From Malacoraja senta (taxonomy: Eukaryota): 64,000 nt of DNA. How positions within the stretch are numbered: position 1 is the first letter of the stretch; each line of letters begins with the position of its first letter. The notes under the pieces are model-generated. The model was not told the DNA's origin. It worked only from the letters and a program-made list of their open reading frames with translations, and ran no database searches. The DNA is taken from assembly GCA_038087875.1 (NCBI GenBank), contig CM075988.1, positions 12,030,001 to 12,094,000 on the forward strand, given 5' to 3'. Shown here piece by piece: positions 37,660-49,635 of this stretch. A program made the position numbers and the translations under genes.

Positions 37660-37994
37660 TATACCTTTCCCTCAGTTAAACAGCACACTGTTAATTAAGT
37701 TTTTGTTCTCCCTTGTTGTTTGGAGGGGTGTTAGAGATGGGATGAGATATTGGAGGAGATATTTCTTGGGATTTTGCTTGTTTTTCCAGAACAGATTTTT
37801 CCTCAAAGCACATGCATTGGGACAGTCTGTGACCATTCAGTAAAGCGCTGATCACAACAAAGTTCAGCGGACCTTTTATTTTGGATGCCCAGTGAATATG
37901 TTGGACTCGTGTCAGGGTCTTCAACTACTGAAATTAGAGGTTCCATAATCATCAATCCTGCTCCAGATTCTTTAAGTAGCTACAGTGGCCACCA

Positions 37995-38728
37995 GGTTCA
38001 GGACATTTGGCAAACAACATTTTTCGACTCGTTATTTAATGCCCTGTAGATCCTGCACAAGTACAGAGGCAACAAAGGCGGCATGGTTTGCGGCCTACCA
38101 GCGGGTCCTGGAGCGACGTTTCCCTGAGGGGACCTGGCCAGAACATCGGCTTTGGCGGCGGCGCAGAACATCGGCTTTGGCGGCGGTGCAGCGCTGGAGC
38201 GCTGTCGTGGAGCGGGCGATGCCTTTCCTGGGTCGCCGCGCTGGAACTCCAGTATGCTGGGACCGCGGATGAGAACATCGTGGAGCAGCGGTTCTGTGGA
38301 GCGGCCAGCTGCGACGCTGAATGTTACATCCCGGAGCCTGGGATCTCTCGCTGAGATTGCCAGTGTGTGGAGCTCCGTTCGGCGCGGTCTGTTGGCTTGG
38401 AAGCCGCGGTCTTCGGTGGGAAGGTGGTCGTTCCTGGTACCCCAAGCCGCTGGGGGTTCTCCCGACGCCGGAGCACCATCACCCGGCGAGAACATTGGGC
38501 GCCGTGGCGGCGACTGTGGAGGCCTCAGTGGGCCCGACTCTGGGTGGACAAGAGGATGGGGATTGGACTTTGTGCCTTCCCCCACAGTGGGAACTACTGT
38601 GGGGGGATGTTTTGGTGTTGAACTTCTTTTTAATACTATGTTGTATTTTATTAGTGTGCTGCAAGGACATCTGAATTTCCCCTGAATAAGGGGATTAATA
38701 AAGTCTAATTCAATTCAATTCAATTCAA
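37995..38728 (+). mobile_element. GC/CpG-rich non-autonomous retroelement with Rex1-type 3' end
   Basis: Abrupt GC-rich island; 3' stem-loop TCCCCT-GAATA-AGGGGA (38678-38694), AATAAAG, (ATTCA)n tail; 5' boundary uncertain. Confidence 0.7.
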
Positions 38729-39032
38729 TGGTGGCGTAGTGGTAGAGCTACTGCCTGACAGTGCAGGAGACCTGGGTTTGATCCAGACTATGGGTGCTGT
38801 CTGTATGGAGTTTGTATGTTCTCCCTGTGACCTGCGTAGGTTTTCACTGAGATCTGCGGTTTCCTCCCACACTCTAAAGACGTACAGGTTTCTAGATTAA
38901 TTGGCTTGGTATAAATGTAAAATTGTTCCTAGTGTGTGTCGGGAGGTGTCGATATGCGAGGATCGCTGGTCTGTGCGGACTCGGTGGGCTGAAGAGTTTG
39001 TTTTAGCGCTGTATCTCTAAACTAAACTAAAC
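38728..39032 (+). mobile_element. HE1-type V-SINE
   Basis: TGGCGTAGTGG A-box, GGTTTGATCC B-box, V-domain, (TAAAC)n tail. Confidence 0.92.
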
Positions 39033-40704
39033 TTTGTTTCCCCACAATTCATAATCACAAACGGCTGCCAATTTCCACCTAATTTCTTGGGAATGAACCA
39101 AGAGCTACTGCTGGCTGGGCAAGTAACGAACATTGATGGGTAGCTACTTCATGAAATATGGTGCCAGGGGAAGATTGTGCGGAATATGTTCTTGGGGCTT
39201 GATGGATAATGTCTATTAATCCTCTGCTTGTGCTCATGCCAGTCACATATAATGTCATGATAAGTAACTTCAACTAAAGTATGTAAGCTTGATAAAGTGC
39301 TTTTGATAATGCTCCCTGCTAATGATGTTGGTGGGGCAATGATAACTCCTGTCACCATTTTTAAGGTTTTGTGGCATTAAATTGCAAATATAACTGATGA
39401 TTGACAAGTTGAAATGAAACATGAAGTCCTTTTGCTACCAGATGCTTGCTAAGTGAAAAAAAAAGTTTCATCATAAAATTCACAATATTTAATGTGACAA
39501 GGACCTTGTGATGCTGAGTGGGAAGGTTACAATATAAATTGGGCAGCTTTAACTTTTGAAATCTACCATACGTTTGAGCAGACAGTGTTTCATTAAAGCG
39601 AACATGGGCTCCATCCTTTCTCATCTTCTTTTAGCTTGAACAATCAAGCATGCAATTTGGATTACTCTTGATAAACTGATGACAGGATGCTCTGACTACA
39701 GCTGTGAATTGTTTAATGACCTTTTTTTGTGTGCGGAGAAATGTATATCACAGGTTTTGCTCAGAAATAAGAAGTGTTGATGTTTGCTGTCAGTATTGAG
39801 CACTGTATCCTCCCTCGAGAGAGAGAATTAACATTGAACGGAGAGAAGGTTTTGTGTTTGAGCGTCTGAAAACTGCGCTGCAATATAAAGACTCATAAAC
39901 ATCAGTCTTAATGTAGCATAGCATTGTTCAGCTGGGTTAAAGAAAGAATTACTACTTCATATGCTTGCCAGAATTGATGAGGGACAAATATTTTTACAAG
40001 CACTCCATTAAAATGAAATCATAGATCTTGTAAGTAGTTGTCAAGTAATTCCATTAAATATAGCAATAATTTGGTAATTTCTCTTAAAGATGCAATCTAA
40101 TTTTCAAATATTTTTGGGAGGAGAAGTATTTCATTACATGCGAATCGATTATTTGTTTAAAATGACTATTTCATTAGAGCCACAGCTTTGCATTGTTTTG
40201 GCTTTATGTTGGGTATAAAATCTTCATTTGCCTGAGGCTATTAATTAAATTTTTCAATTGCCACCTTATGGAACATTATGTTGGACGATTGTTTTGTGTT
40301 AAAATCAGTTTTGTGATTAATGCAGGAATATATTTATTTTAGTTTAGATCAGATGATAGGCTATGTGTGCGGCAGCAGGTTAATAAGAAATGTCAATGCC
40401 TTGGATAATCCATTCCACAGAGGTATTGGGTGATCAAACATTATTGTCCTGGCAAGTTTTAATGTGCATTGCCATTAGTTCATGGATTTTCTCTTTAACA
40501 ATACTTGATCAAGTCATTGTTCAATTTTGAACTGAATTGATTCGTGTCAACACTTGATACATATTTTAAAATCTATCTTCAATGTCTAGAGGATAGAAAT
40601 CAAGATTTTAATAAAGTGGCCTCCCCCTCTTCTCAACACCAGTGAAATGATTCATCTGCTTACTGTGTCAGTTCACACAGGGAGAGAATTCAGGAAGGGA
40701 AGTT

Positions 40705-41058
40705 AGAGAGTCATATGGCGTAGAAAAAGGCCCTTTGGCCCAACTCATCCATTCCGACCAAGATGCCATATCTAATTTGTTCCCATGTGCCCGCATTTGG
40801 CCCATGTCCCTCTAACCCATTCCTGTCCATGCATCAGTCCAAGTGTCTTTTAAATTCAGTTGTTGTACCTCCCTCACCACCCTCCTCTGGCAGCTTGTTC
40901 CAAAGACCCACCACCCTCTGAGTAAAAAAGTTGCTGCTCAGGTTCCTATTGAATCTTTCCCCTCTCATCTTAAACCAATGTCCTCTGGTTCTTGATTCCC
41001 GTAAGCTAAGTAAAAGGTCATGTGCCTGCACCCTCTCAATTCCCCCCATGATTTTACA
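40705..41058 (-). mobile_element. CR1/HER1-type LINE 3' fragment
   Basis: KIMGGIERV...ESRTRGHWFKMRGERF...FFTQRVVGLWNKLP...FKRHLD. Confidence 0.92.
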
Positions 41059-41366
41059 CGCAGGATCATTAGGTGTCATGACGTCTTGCAATGAAAGGAA
41101 GTCTGCGACACCTGAGGGGAGCGATGAATGAGCTGGTGCTGAGGGAGCAGTGAATCAGGGTCACTGTGCAACTCATCAGTGAATGCCGTGTTATAGACTC
41201 TCTTTAGTGAACTTCAGCAGCACCATCACTAACTGGTCTGTGCAGGCACCTCATGCTGGGCCACTGGGAAGCGGAACCTAAGATGAGGCCCTGCAGTCAA
41301 AGAGGCGATGAGTGGAGTCTGCTGCTCCTTGCTGAGACTTGCACATGGAGCAACACCACTGAAAGC

Positions 41367-41575
41367 CAAAGATAGACACAAAATGCTGGAGTAACTCAAT
41401 GAGACAGGCAGCAGCTCTGGAGAGAAGGAATGGGTGACGTTTTGGTTCTGAAGAAGGGCCTCGACTTGAAACATCACCCATTCCTTCTCTCCAGAGATGC
41501 TGCCAGTCCCGCTGAGTTAATCCAGCATTTTGTCTCTAACCGGTATAAACCAACATCTGCAGTTCCTTCCTATAC
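41367..41575. mobile_element. PLE fold-back unit
   Basis: Arms meet at GACGTTTTGGTT/CTGAAGAAGGG; tail on the right arm; degenerate flanking repeat ACCACTGAAAGCCA / ACTACTGATTGCCA. Confidence 0.88.
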
Positions 41576-41814
41576 TACTGATTGCCAGTATTTTTGGGAG
41601 TACCTGGACACATGCTACTGGAAGAAGATAACCTATTTTCCCAGTCAATGTTTGCACTGAGAATTTCAGAATTTCATGTGTGCCTGCATCAGAGATTGTT
41701 GCAAGCACCATTAATGATCAGAAGTGTCCAGGCAAATTTCTGCGCTCTACTCCAGAAATATTCTGGATTTTTTACTCTGAAGAGAGCCTTACTATCCACA
41801 GACACATCTGTGAC

Positions 41815-42465
41815 TGAATTCCTCATTTTCCTTGATTCCCCTCTTTCCCCTCTCTTCTCTCCCCTTCCACCTACACCACTCCCTTTGAATTTACAAGTTA
41901 CTCATGTCTCGTTTCCACCTCTATCCTTTCTCACTTATTCCACCCAAATGCCGATCAAAACCTTCCTCACCTGTACCACTTATTACTTGCCGTGCCTTGT
42001 TCTGGCCCAGCTCGTTGCTCCAACTACAATCAGTCTGAAGAAAAGTCTTGACCTGAAACGTCGTCTGTGTTTGGCCCATATCTCTCTAAATCTTTTCTAT
42101 CCATGTGCCTATAGAAGTGTCTTTTAAATGCTGTTATAGTACCTGCCTCAATCACCTCCTCTGGCATCTCGTTCTATACAACCACCATTCCGTCTATAGA
42201 TAGACACAAAAAGCTGGAGTAACTCAGCGGGACAGGCAGCATCTCTGGAGAGAAGGAATGGGTGACGTTTCGGGTCGGGTCTTAAGAAGGGTCTCGACCC
42301 GAAACGTCACCCATTCCTTCTCTCCAGAGATGCTGCCTGTCTCGCTGAGTTACTCCAGCTTTTTGTGTCTATCTTTGGTTTAAACCAGCATCTGCAGTTC
42401 CTTCCTACACATTCCCTCCATAGTCACTTCCTGACCCATTGAGTACCTCCAGCACTTTGCTCTAC
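41815..42465 (+). mobile_element. Old PLE 3' UTR and terminal repeat hosting a CR1 fragment (42064-42185, -) and a young fold-back
   Basis: Pyrimidine tract, CAGTCTGAAGAAAAGTCTTGACCTGAAACGTC at 42031-42062; host resumes at 42410 CATTCCCTCCATAG...CCAGCACTTTG. Confidence 0.75.
42200..42410. mobile_element. Young PLE fold-back unit
   Basis: Near-perfect ~80-bp inverted arms; tail on the right arm; TSD-like CATTCCGTCTATAG (42186-42199) and CATTCCCTCCATAG (42410-42423). Confidence 0.92.
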
Positions 42466-42941
42466 ATAGAAATATCCAGGTCATAATCTAGTTAATGCAT
42501 AACGGTCCAGAAAGGATTTAAAGCCAACGCATACATTTTAATCAGCTATTTTTTTTATTACATGTTATCTATTTAATTCTGGCTGGGGTTTGTTTTGAAT
42601 TACTGGAGTATCAATATCTTCTTCATTTGATCTGAAGCCAAGAACTGGCAAATGCACTTATTCAGCGAGGGTATATACCCTGCAGTTTCTTCTCCCAGTA
42701 CATGTTCAAGGACATTGCTCTTGTAGGTTTTGATGAAGCTGTCAAGGCTTTTTTCTGTTAGATACCAATGCTGCTGTCAAGTTAAGCTGATAAAAGTGTT
42801 GGCTACAGCTACTTATGGGTATTCCTTAATGCTAAGATCAAAAATCGAGCTCTGTGAGCAGTTAGAATATTGAACGCGCTATCACTGGGAGTGGTTGAAA
42901 CAAACAGCTTGGATGCATTCAGAGGAAAACAAGATGAATAT

Positions 42942-43455
42942 TGGTTTATTGTGGTCATGCAGACCGAGATACAGCTAAAAACCTTTGTTTGCGTGCCATC
43001 CAGTCAAATCAGATCGTACTATATATGAGTACAATCAATGAATACACAAGTACAACAGGGAGTGCAAAGAGAAAAATAACAGAGTGCAGAATATGGTGTG
43101 AAAGCATTGTAGCATTGCAGTTACAGGGAAAAAGTCCAAGGTCTGCAATGAGGTAGGTTGGAAGATGAGGATTACATCATAGCTTATGGAAGGATCCTTC
43201 AGTAGTCTGATAACAGTCAGATGACAGTGGGATGTAGAAGCTGTTCATGAATTTGATGGTACATACCTTCAAACTTTTGTATCATCTGCCTAACAGGAGA
43301 GGGGAGAAGAGGTAATGAAAAAAAGTCCCTGATTTTGATGGCTGCTTTCCCAAGGCAACACGAAGTCCAAATGGAATTGATGTGGGAAGGCCGGTTTATG
43401 TGCTGGACTGGGCTATATTCATAACTCTCTGCAATTACTTGTGGTCTTGGGCTTT
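42942..43455 (-). mobile_element. Rex1/Babar-type LINE 3' fragment
   Basis: GGTTTATTGTGGTCATG...ACAGCTAAAAACC tail; minus frame CLGKAAIKIRD...LPLL.SPVRQMIQKF. Confidence 0.8.
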
Positions 43456-43640
43456 GACCTGCCCCTCTTCTCTCCAACGTTCTTGCCCAGTCCCCCACAC
43501 CCCCATCCCCATCAGCTTGAAGAAGGGTCCCGATGTGAAATCTCACTTATCCTTGTTCTCTAGGGATGCTGCCTGACCCGCTGAATTATTCCAGCACTTT
43601 GCATCTATCTCTGGTGGAAACCAGCATCCGTTGTTCATTG
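43455..43640 (+). mobile_element. PLE 3' UTR and terminal repeat
   Basis: TTGAAGAAGGGTCCCGATGTGAAATCTCAC...GATGCTGCCTGACCCGCTGA...CCAGCATC. Confidence 0.8.
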
Positions 43641-43692
43641 GTTTATATTTCAAATGAAATATTGGGTTTTGTTGGAAATTCAGATCAATTTA

Positions 43693-44338
43693 ATAGACAA
43701 GAGGTGTAGGAGTATGTCATTCGGCCCTTCGAGCCAGCATGGCCATTCACTGTGATCATGGCTGATCATCCACAATCAGTACCCCTTTCCTCCTTCTCCC
43801 CATATCCCTTGACTCCGCTATCTTTAAAGCTCTTTCAAACACTCTCTTCAAAGCATCCAGTGAATTGGACTCCTGAGGCAGAGAATTCCACAGATTCACA
43901 ACTCTCTAGGTGTAAAAGTTTTCCCTCATCTATGTTCTAAATGCCCTACCCCTTATTCTTAAACTGTGGACCCTGGTTCTAGACTCCCTCAACATCGGGA
44001 ACATGTTTCCTGCCTCTAGCGTGTTCACTCCCCCTAATAATCTTATACGTTTCAATAAGATCCCCTCACATCCTTCAAAATTCCAGTGTATACAAACCCA
44101 GTCGCTCCATTCTTTCAACATATGACAGTCCCGCCATCTCGGGAATTAACCTTGTGAACCTACGCTGCACTCCCTCAATATCAAGAATGTCCTTCCTCAA
44201 ATTTGGAGACCAAAACTGCACACAATACTCCAGGTGTGGTCTCACTAAGGCCCTGTACAACTGCAGAAGGACCTCTTTGCTCCTAGACTCAACTCCTCTT
44301 GTTATGAAGGCCAACGTGCCATTAGCTTTCTTCACTAA
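43693..44338 (-). mobile_element. CR1/HER1-type LINE 3' fragment
   Basis: VKKANGTLAFITRGVESRSKEVLLQLYRALVRPHLEYCVQFWSPNLRKD...RLGLYTLE. Confidence 0.95.
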
Positions 44339-45081
44339 GTTATGAAAGTCATTATTTTGCTTTGGCTTTTTTATAACTCGGGCTCTTGAGATAGTTCTTA
44401 TTACATTGCAAAACATTCTATGTGTAAATGCACAATCCATGTGCGTTTTGGAATGCCACCATCATGGGTGTTTTTGAGAATCGCTTCACTGAGGCTCAAT
44501 ATAATGATTTCTCTTTGGAGCGTCCTGTTGAAAATTGCAGCACAGTTATGGATAAAATTAGCAAAAAGAATTGACGCATGATGTAGCCTAAAATTGCAAT
44601 GGTCTGTAAATTGTGACATTGTTGTCAACTTAGACCAAAATATCCTCGAGAAGTAATTTGAATATGCCATTGTAAGCATAGTGGAGGAATTATGATCCCT
44701 GAAGAAGCTTTACCTTACCACATCTGCATCAATAAATCAGATTGCTTTTGCCATGCGAGTGGAATTTCTGTATTTTAACTCCGTTCACTGTGCTTTATTG
44801 GATCACGTGGAAAAATCTTTCAGTAAAGGACATACTCAGGCATTCTGTCCACTTTCTGCATTCTAAACTAGACTTTTACCTAAGGTTTATTTACCTCCTG
44901 CTAGTGATAAAGACATCAATAACATCTCGGGTAGGCAATATTGTCCAGTCTTGCCTAAATCTCACAAGGGAAAAGAGGAGCAAAGTGTGTCAGTTTTGTC
45001 TTTTGTCCCTTGGGCAACCAGCCTTGATGGCTTGGATGATAATCAGGTGTCTTTGGCAGTTGGCTTGAGTCTAGACTTTAA

Positions 45082-45400
45082 TACAGGTGCGCTGCCAATT
45101 TTCCAGCACCCTTGGTTCCAGAGCTTCTCCGGATTATCCGTTTTGCCGGACCAACAAAGATCATGGCCTCCAGGAGGAATCCAACCGTATAGGAAAGGTC
45201 CGACTCAATACCCACAGTCCGAGGTACCGGCCCGTAAAGTCCGCCTTGGAAGTTGGCAATGGGAGTGGACCTGCCAGCTCCGGCTGTGCGAGAGTTCCAG
45301 AGCCCCGGCTGCAGGGGACAAATTTGACTGGCCAAATTTCCGATGAAGTCAAGATTGGCTGCCTCACCCGGCCTAGGCACCACATTTGCGGGGGAACAAA
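45082..45400. mobile_element. Possible Tc1/mariner (Tigger-like) non-autonomous DNA element remnant
   Basis: GC/CpG-rich island starting TA|CAGGTGCG...CCCTTGGTTCCAG...CCGGATTATCCG; no matching right terminal repeat seen. Confidence 0.35.
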
Positions 45401-47289
45401 GGAAAAGAGACCCTGTGGTCGACTGGTGGAAGTGGAAAAATGATCACAGTGGCAATGGGAGTCTGAAAATGGAAAATGTAATTCAATATAATATAATTTA
45501 TGAATGGAGGATGAAGTGGTAAATAAACACCCTATCTATAGACTGTAACCAAGATAGAGATTTTGTATAATTATTTGCAATAATCTACATACTTTAACCA
45601 ACCCTTCAAATCATACACTAAATTGATATAAAATTACTGGTTAATGCTGATATTAAATGGGAAATCTACAGATTTACTCATGGTTATTATATGCCATCCT
45701 TCTTTATGTTTATCTACATGCTACAAATCTCAATTTGTTGTCTTCCAAATAATTTCCAAAGTGCTGTCCTATTCGTTTGCTGCAATGTAGTAGCGCAGTT
45801 GGCACAAATACCATCATCTCCTCCAAGCTGTCTAGTTATGTATAAAGAAGCGTCTCCACAAATGGAACAACAAATGGACAATGAGCCCTTTATCAGAGTT
45901 GTGAATGATTTTTATTAAACTCGAGAAACAAATGAATGCCGGGCGCAGTGCCACAAACTAACTGGAACATATTTAATTGTTTATTCCTCTTTGTGCTGCT
46001 GTACGTCATTGGAATGGCTCAGATTCCTTGCCAATACCAAGTCAAAACCACATTTTATTCTCCTTGCTTCGCTCCTTGGTCCCACAGAGACTTTTACATG
46101 AAAAATGGAATGTTTCTAACTCCATAAAACCAGATTTCCAAGTGCACAACCCTTGTAATCAGAACACCAGAGGATTCTTTAACACGATAATCCTGGGTTC
46201 TGCGGGGAGAAGCGTTTCCTGCTGAATTATTGCAGAGTTTTGTCCTTCATTGCCTAGTCCTCTTACAAGCAGACAAGTACGGCAGTCTCTCTGTGACCGC
46301 TCTGATTTTGACTGGAGGCAATACGACAGCACAGTCAGGGTTTTAAAGTACGTTGCGAAAAAGCAGGTGGTTTAAGCACACATTTCTTGGCATAATTTGC
46401 CCTTGCATGAAAAGAGACACTTTCATGCACGGGAGTGCACACATCCACATACAAATGCACATGCTTGCTTCAGTGTTTTGTTCATATTTTTCATCATAGT
46501 TGCAAGATTAGCATCGTCAGTAGTGGGATGGGGGGTGAGTGGGTAGTGGTGGGTTTGAAGGGGACAGTCCTGTAGCTACCAATTCACAGGCAGCTTGACG
46601 TCCTCCATTTAAACTTGCAAAGTAATTTTGGTATGAGACGGGTGTTGCTTGTTATCTGCTTCCGATGACTCTCCTTCAGGAAGAACCCATTGCCAGGATG
46701 CTACAAGTCATGAATCACTATGAGATGCACCACTTTGAGAACCAAATCCTGTACTTGCCATTAATCTTCAAACAAGCTAGCTGCCACGCTATGTGTTTGA
46801 GATCTTTAAGCGTTGAATTTTACTTATGGCTCTGCATTCAAATCTCCACAGCAAGCTTAACAGAATCACTGGATGGTTATTACATGGATAGAGGTCATAT
46901 GGCCCTTCAAGTCCAAACAATCTCCTTGCAAGAACAATCCAACTCCTCCCACCACACATCGCCCTGCAATTCATTCTCAAAAAGACTAAAAGTACTGGAA
47001 ATCTGATGAATTGTCTTTGACCTGAAAAATTGATTCACTTTCTGTGGATGCTGCCTGACCTGCTGATTTTATTTTCAGCAGTTTCTGTTTTTCAATGCTT
47101 TGAAGTTTGAGTAAGGCCTCACTGGAGCTCAGAAGGAAATCCTGGAATCATTCCTCTTCCTCGAGTTATGTCCACCCAAGGCAATTTATTCCTGAGATTT
47201 TACTCATGGCCCTATGCTCTTTCATCATTCCTCCTGCGATTTGCTGGGAGGTAGCCCTCAGTTTGGAAGTTAATACAGATTTGACCTTA

Positions 47290-47865
47290 GCATTGATATT
47301 GAGAATTGAGTATAGAAATATGCCACAGTTGTATGAAACATTGGCGAGGCCGCATCTGGAGTATAATGGTTCCGTTTTGGTCACTGCCACAGGAAAGATG
47401 CTATAAGCTGGAAACACTTCAGAGAATATTTATGAGGATGTTGCTCGGACTCGAGGGCCTGAGCTGCAATTAAATGTTGGGCAGGCTAGGACTTTGTTCC
47501 TTGGAGTGCAAGAGGCTGAGGGGTGATCTTGTAGAAGTGTATAATACATGAGGGGAATAGATAGGGTGAATGCACAGAGTCTTTTCCCTGGACACGAGAA
47601 TCAACAACTGGAGGACAGAGGTTTCAGGTGAGAGAGGAAACATTTAATAGGATCCTGAGAGACATTTTTTTTCACACAGACGGTGGTGGATATATGGAAT
47701 GAGGCAGTAGTTTAAAATGCATTTTGACAGGCACATGGATGGGAAAGGTTTAGAGGGATATGGGCAAATGCAGACAAATGATACTTGCTTAGATGTAGTA
47801 TCTTGGTCAGCATGGATAAGTCGGGTCGAAGGGCCTGTTTCCATGCTTTATGATCCTATGACTCA
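47290..47865 (+). mobile_element. CR1/HER1-type LINE 3' fragment
   Basis: IEYR...QLYETLARPHLEY; LRGDLVEVY; CR1 tail GGGTCGAAGGGCCTGTTTCCATGC. Confidence 0.9.
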
Positions 47866-48904
47866 ATTTGGAGCACATGCACTTCTAGTTCTCGATGATC
47901 ACATCTGGGTTTCGTTTAGATTAACGTTATTCTTCCTTGCCCAGTCAAGACTGTTGGAGGAAGGAACCAAGCCAAACTTACCTGAGGAAAAAATGCTCTG
48001 CAATTGACAAAAGTATATCTATGTATATACTCTTGAAATTATATGACCGGTAATTGAAAAAGGACTTGTAACCTTTGGCGTGTGGGAGCTGTTGAATTGT
48101 TTAAATCGTACCACGATTTCAGAAATGTTAAGAGAGCAATGGACCAAATCAGTTGCTCCCACAGCAAGAAGTACAAGAAGGAAATAATAAAGTTATTTCC
48201 AAAGGTTAACTACTAAATAATAGCTTAATGTAAATTGATCCTTTGTCAGTATATGCAAGTTACTTTAATTTTCGATGATTGCTTTTTTTTCTCGTTCGCC
48301 TATTTTAGTAAAATTGCCTGATATGAAAAACCCTCAAGTGCTTTGATGCCTTGCAGAATCTAAAGAAAGGTCCTTCTGTGGAACACATTATCATTCACGG
48401 AAAGAAATTCAGCTTTCTATCAGAAATACGATTCAATATGAGGGCTTGTGAAAATGTTCACGCCTGATTTGTCATTTAATAAAGTGAATCTTGACTTAAC
48501 TACACTTTCCTGCTTTGACATGATCCTTGACACCAAATATCTGTATATTGCAGCCTCCTGGTGATTGGCAAATTATTAAGATTGAGGACAGGTGTCAGGG
48601 ATTATGGGATTATGAGGGAGAATAGCCACGGCGGAGCAGATTTGCTGGGCCGAATGGCCTAATTCTGCTCCTATCACTGATAACCGTATGTCCTTATGAC
48701 CCTTCGAGAACAGAAACATCTTTGCATCTCCTCTTAAAATGAATCTGCGTCCAATAAATCTTCAAAAATCAAAATTAAAATTGCAGATGTTAGACATCTG
48801 AGGTAAAACAGAATAAATGCCAAGTATATGTGGGATTAAGTAGCTTCTGTGGAGAGTGAAACAGAGCTAATGTTTCAGAATGATGGTCCTCCGTCGGAAC
48901 TGGA

Positions 48905-49635
48905 GTACATAGAACAGTAAAGAACAGGAACGGACCCTTTGACCTACGATTTCTGTACCAAACATGATGTCAAGCTAAACGGACCTGATCTGCCTGTACA
49001 TGATCCAGATCCCGCTACTTCCTGCCCTTCCACGTTGCCTATTTAAAAGCCTCTTGATGCCACTATTGTGTCTGCTGCCACCTCTGGCAGTGTATTCCAG
49101 GCCCCTGCCACTTTGTGTAAATGTCTACATTTAACTTTCTTCCTGTCACCCTCTAGTGTTGGACAATTCCACCCTGGGGAAAAAGGTTCTGACTATCTAC
49201 AGCAAGGGTTCCCAACCTGGGGTAAATTTCGCCTACCCAGGAGTAATTTTGTTGATTCATGATTTGTACATATTTTTTCGCATTGACTGACTGTGTTTGG
49301 TTCTGGTATATCATTGTATATCTGTTCATCATTAGTTGTTCATAAATAAGTGAAATATCATTGTTATGTGCTATCCAAGTTGCCAGGGGTAAACGGGACG
49401 AAAAAGGTTGGGAACCCCTGAGCTACCTTTTTTCTTTGTATGGCTTTCATCATTTTATATACTTCTATCCTCTCCTCAACTTTTGATATTTCAAACAAAA
49501 CAATCCAAGTCTATCCAACCTCTCCCTATAGCTGAAACCCTCCAATCCAGGCAGCACTCTGGTAAACCTACTCTGCACCCACTTCAAAGGCTCCACGTCA
49601 TTCCTGTAATGGGGCGACCAGAAATGCACGCAATT
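48905..49635 (-). mobile_element. CR1-type LINE 3' fragment interrupted by a hAT MITE
   Basis: NCVHFWSPHYRNDVEPLKWVQSRFTRVLPGLEGFSYRERLDRLGLF. Confidence 0.9.
49203..49420. mobile_element. hAT (Charlie-like) MITE, 218 bp
   Basis: 16-bp terminal inverted repeats CAAGGGTTCCCAACCT / AGGTTGGGAACCCCTG (15/16); subterminal GGGGTAAA at both ends; degenerate 8-bp flanks ATCTACAG / AGCTACCT. Confidence 0.85.

Noticed and set aside
37985..38685. Overlapping ORFs of 95-195 aa on both strands
   Set aside because: Expected from stop-codon depletion in a GC-rich repeat; low-complexity R/P/A/G-rich peptides with no recognisable domain.
42200..42410. Fold-back units interpreted as DNA-transposon MITEs or microRNA hairpins
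   Set aside because: Long TSDs of 13-15 bp, asymmetric arms, variable centres and direct linkage to a GIY-YIG ORF end indicate retrotransposition; there is no evidence for a miRNA.
44440..44573. Coding-looking frame MGVFENRFTEAQYNDFSLERPVENCSTVMDKISKKN*
   Set aside because: Short, unrecognised, and without convincing splice sites.
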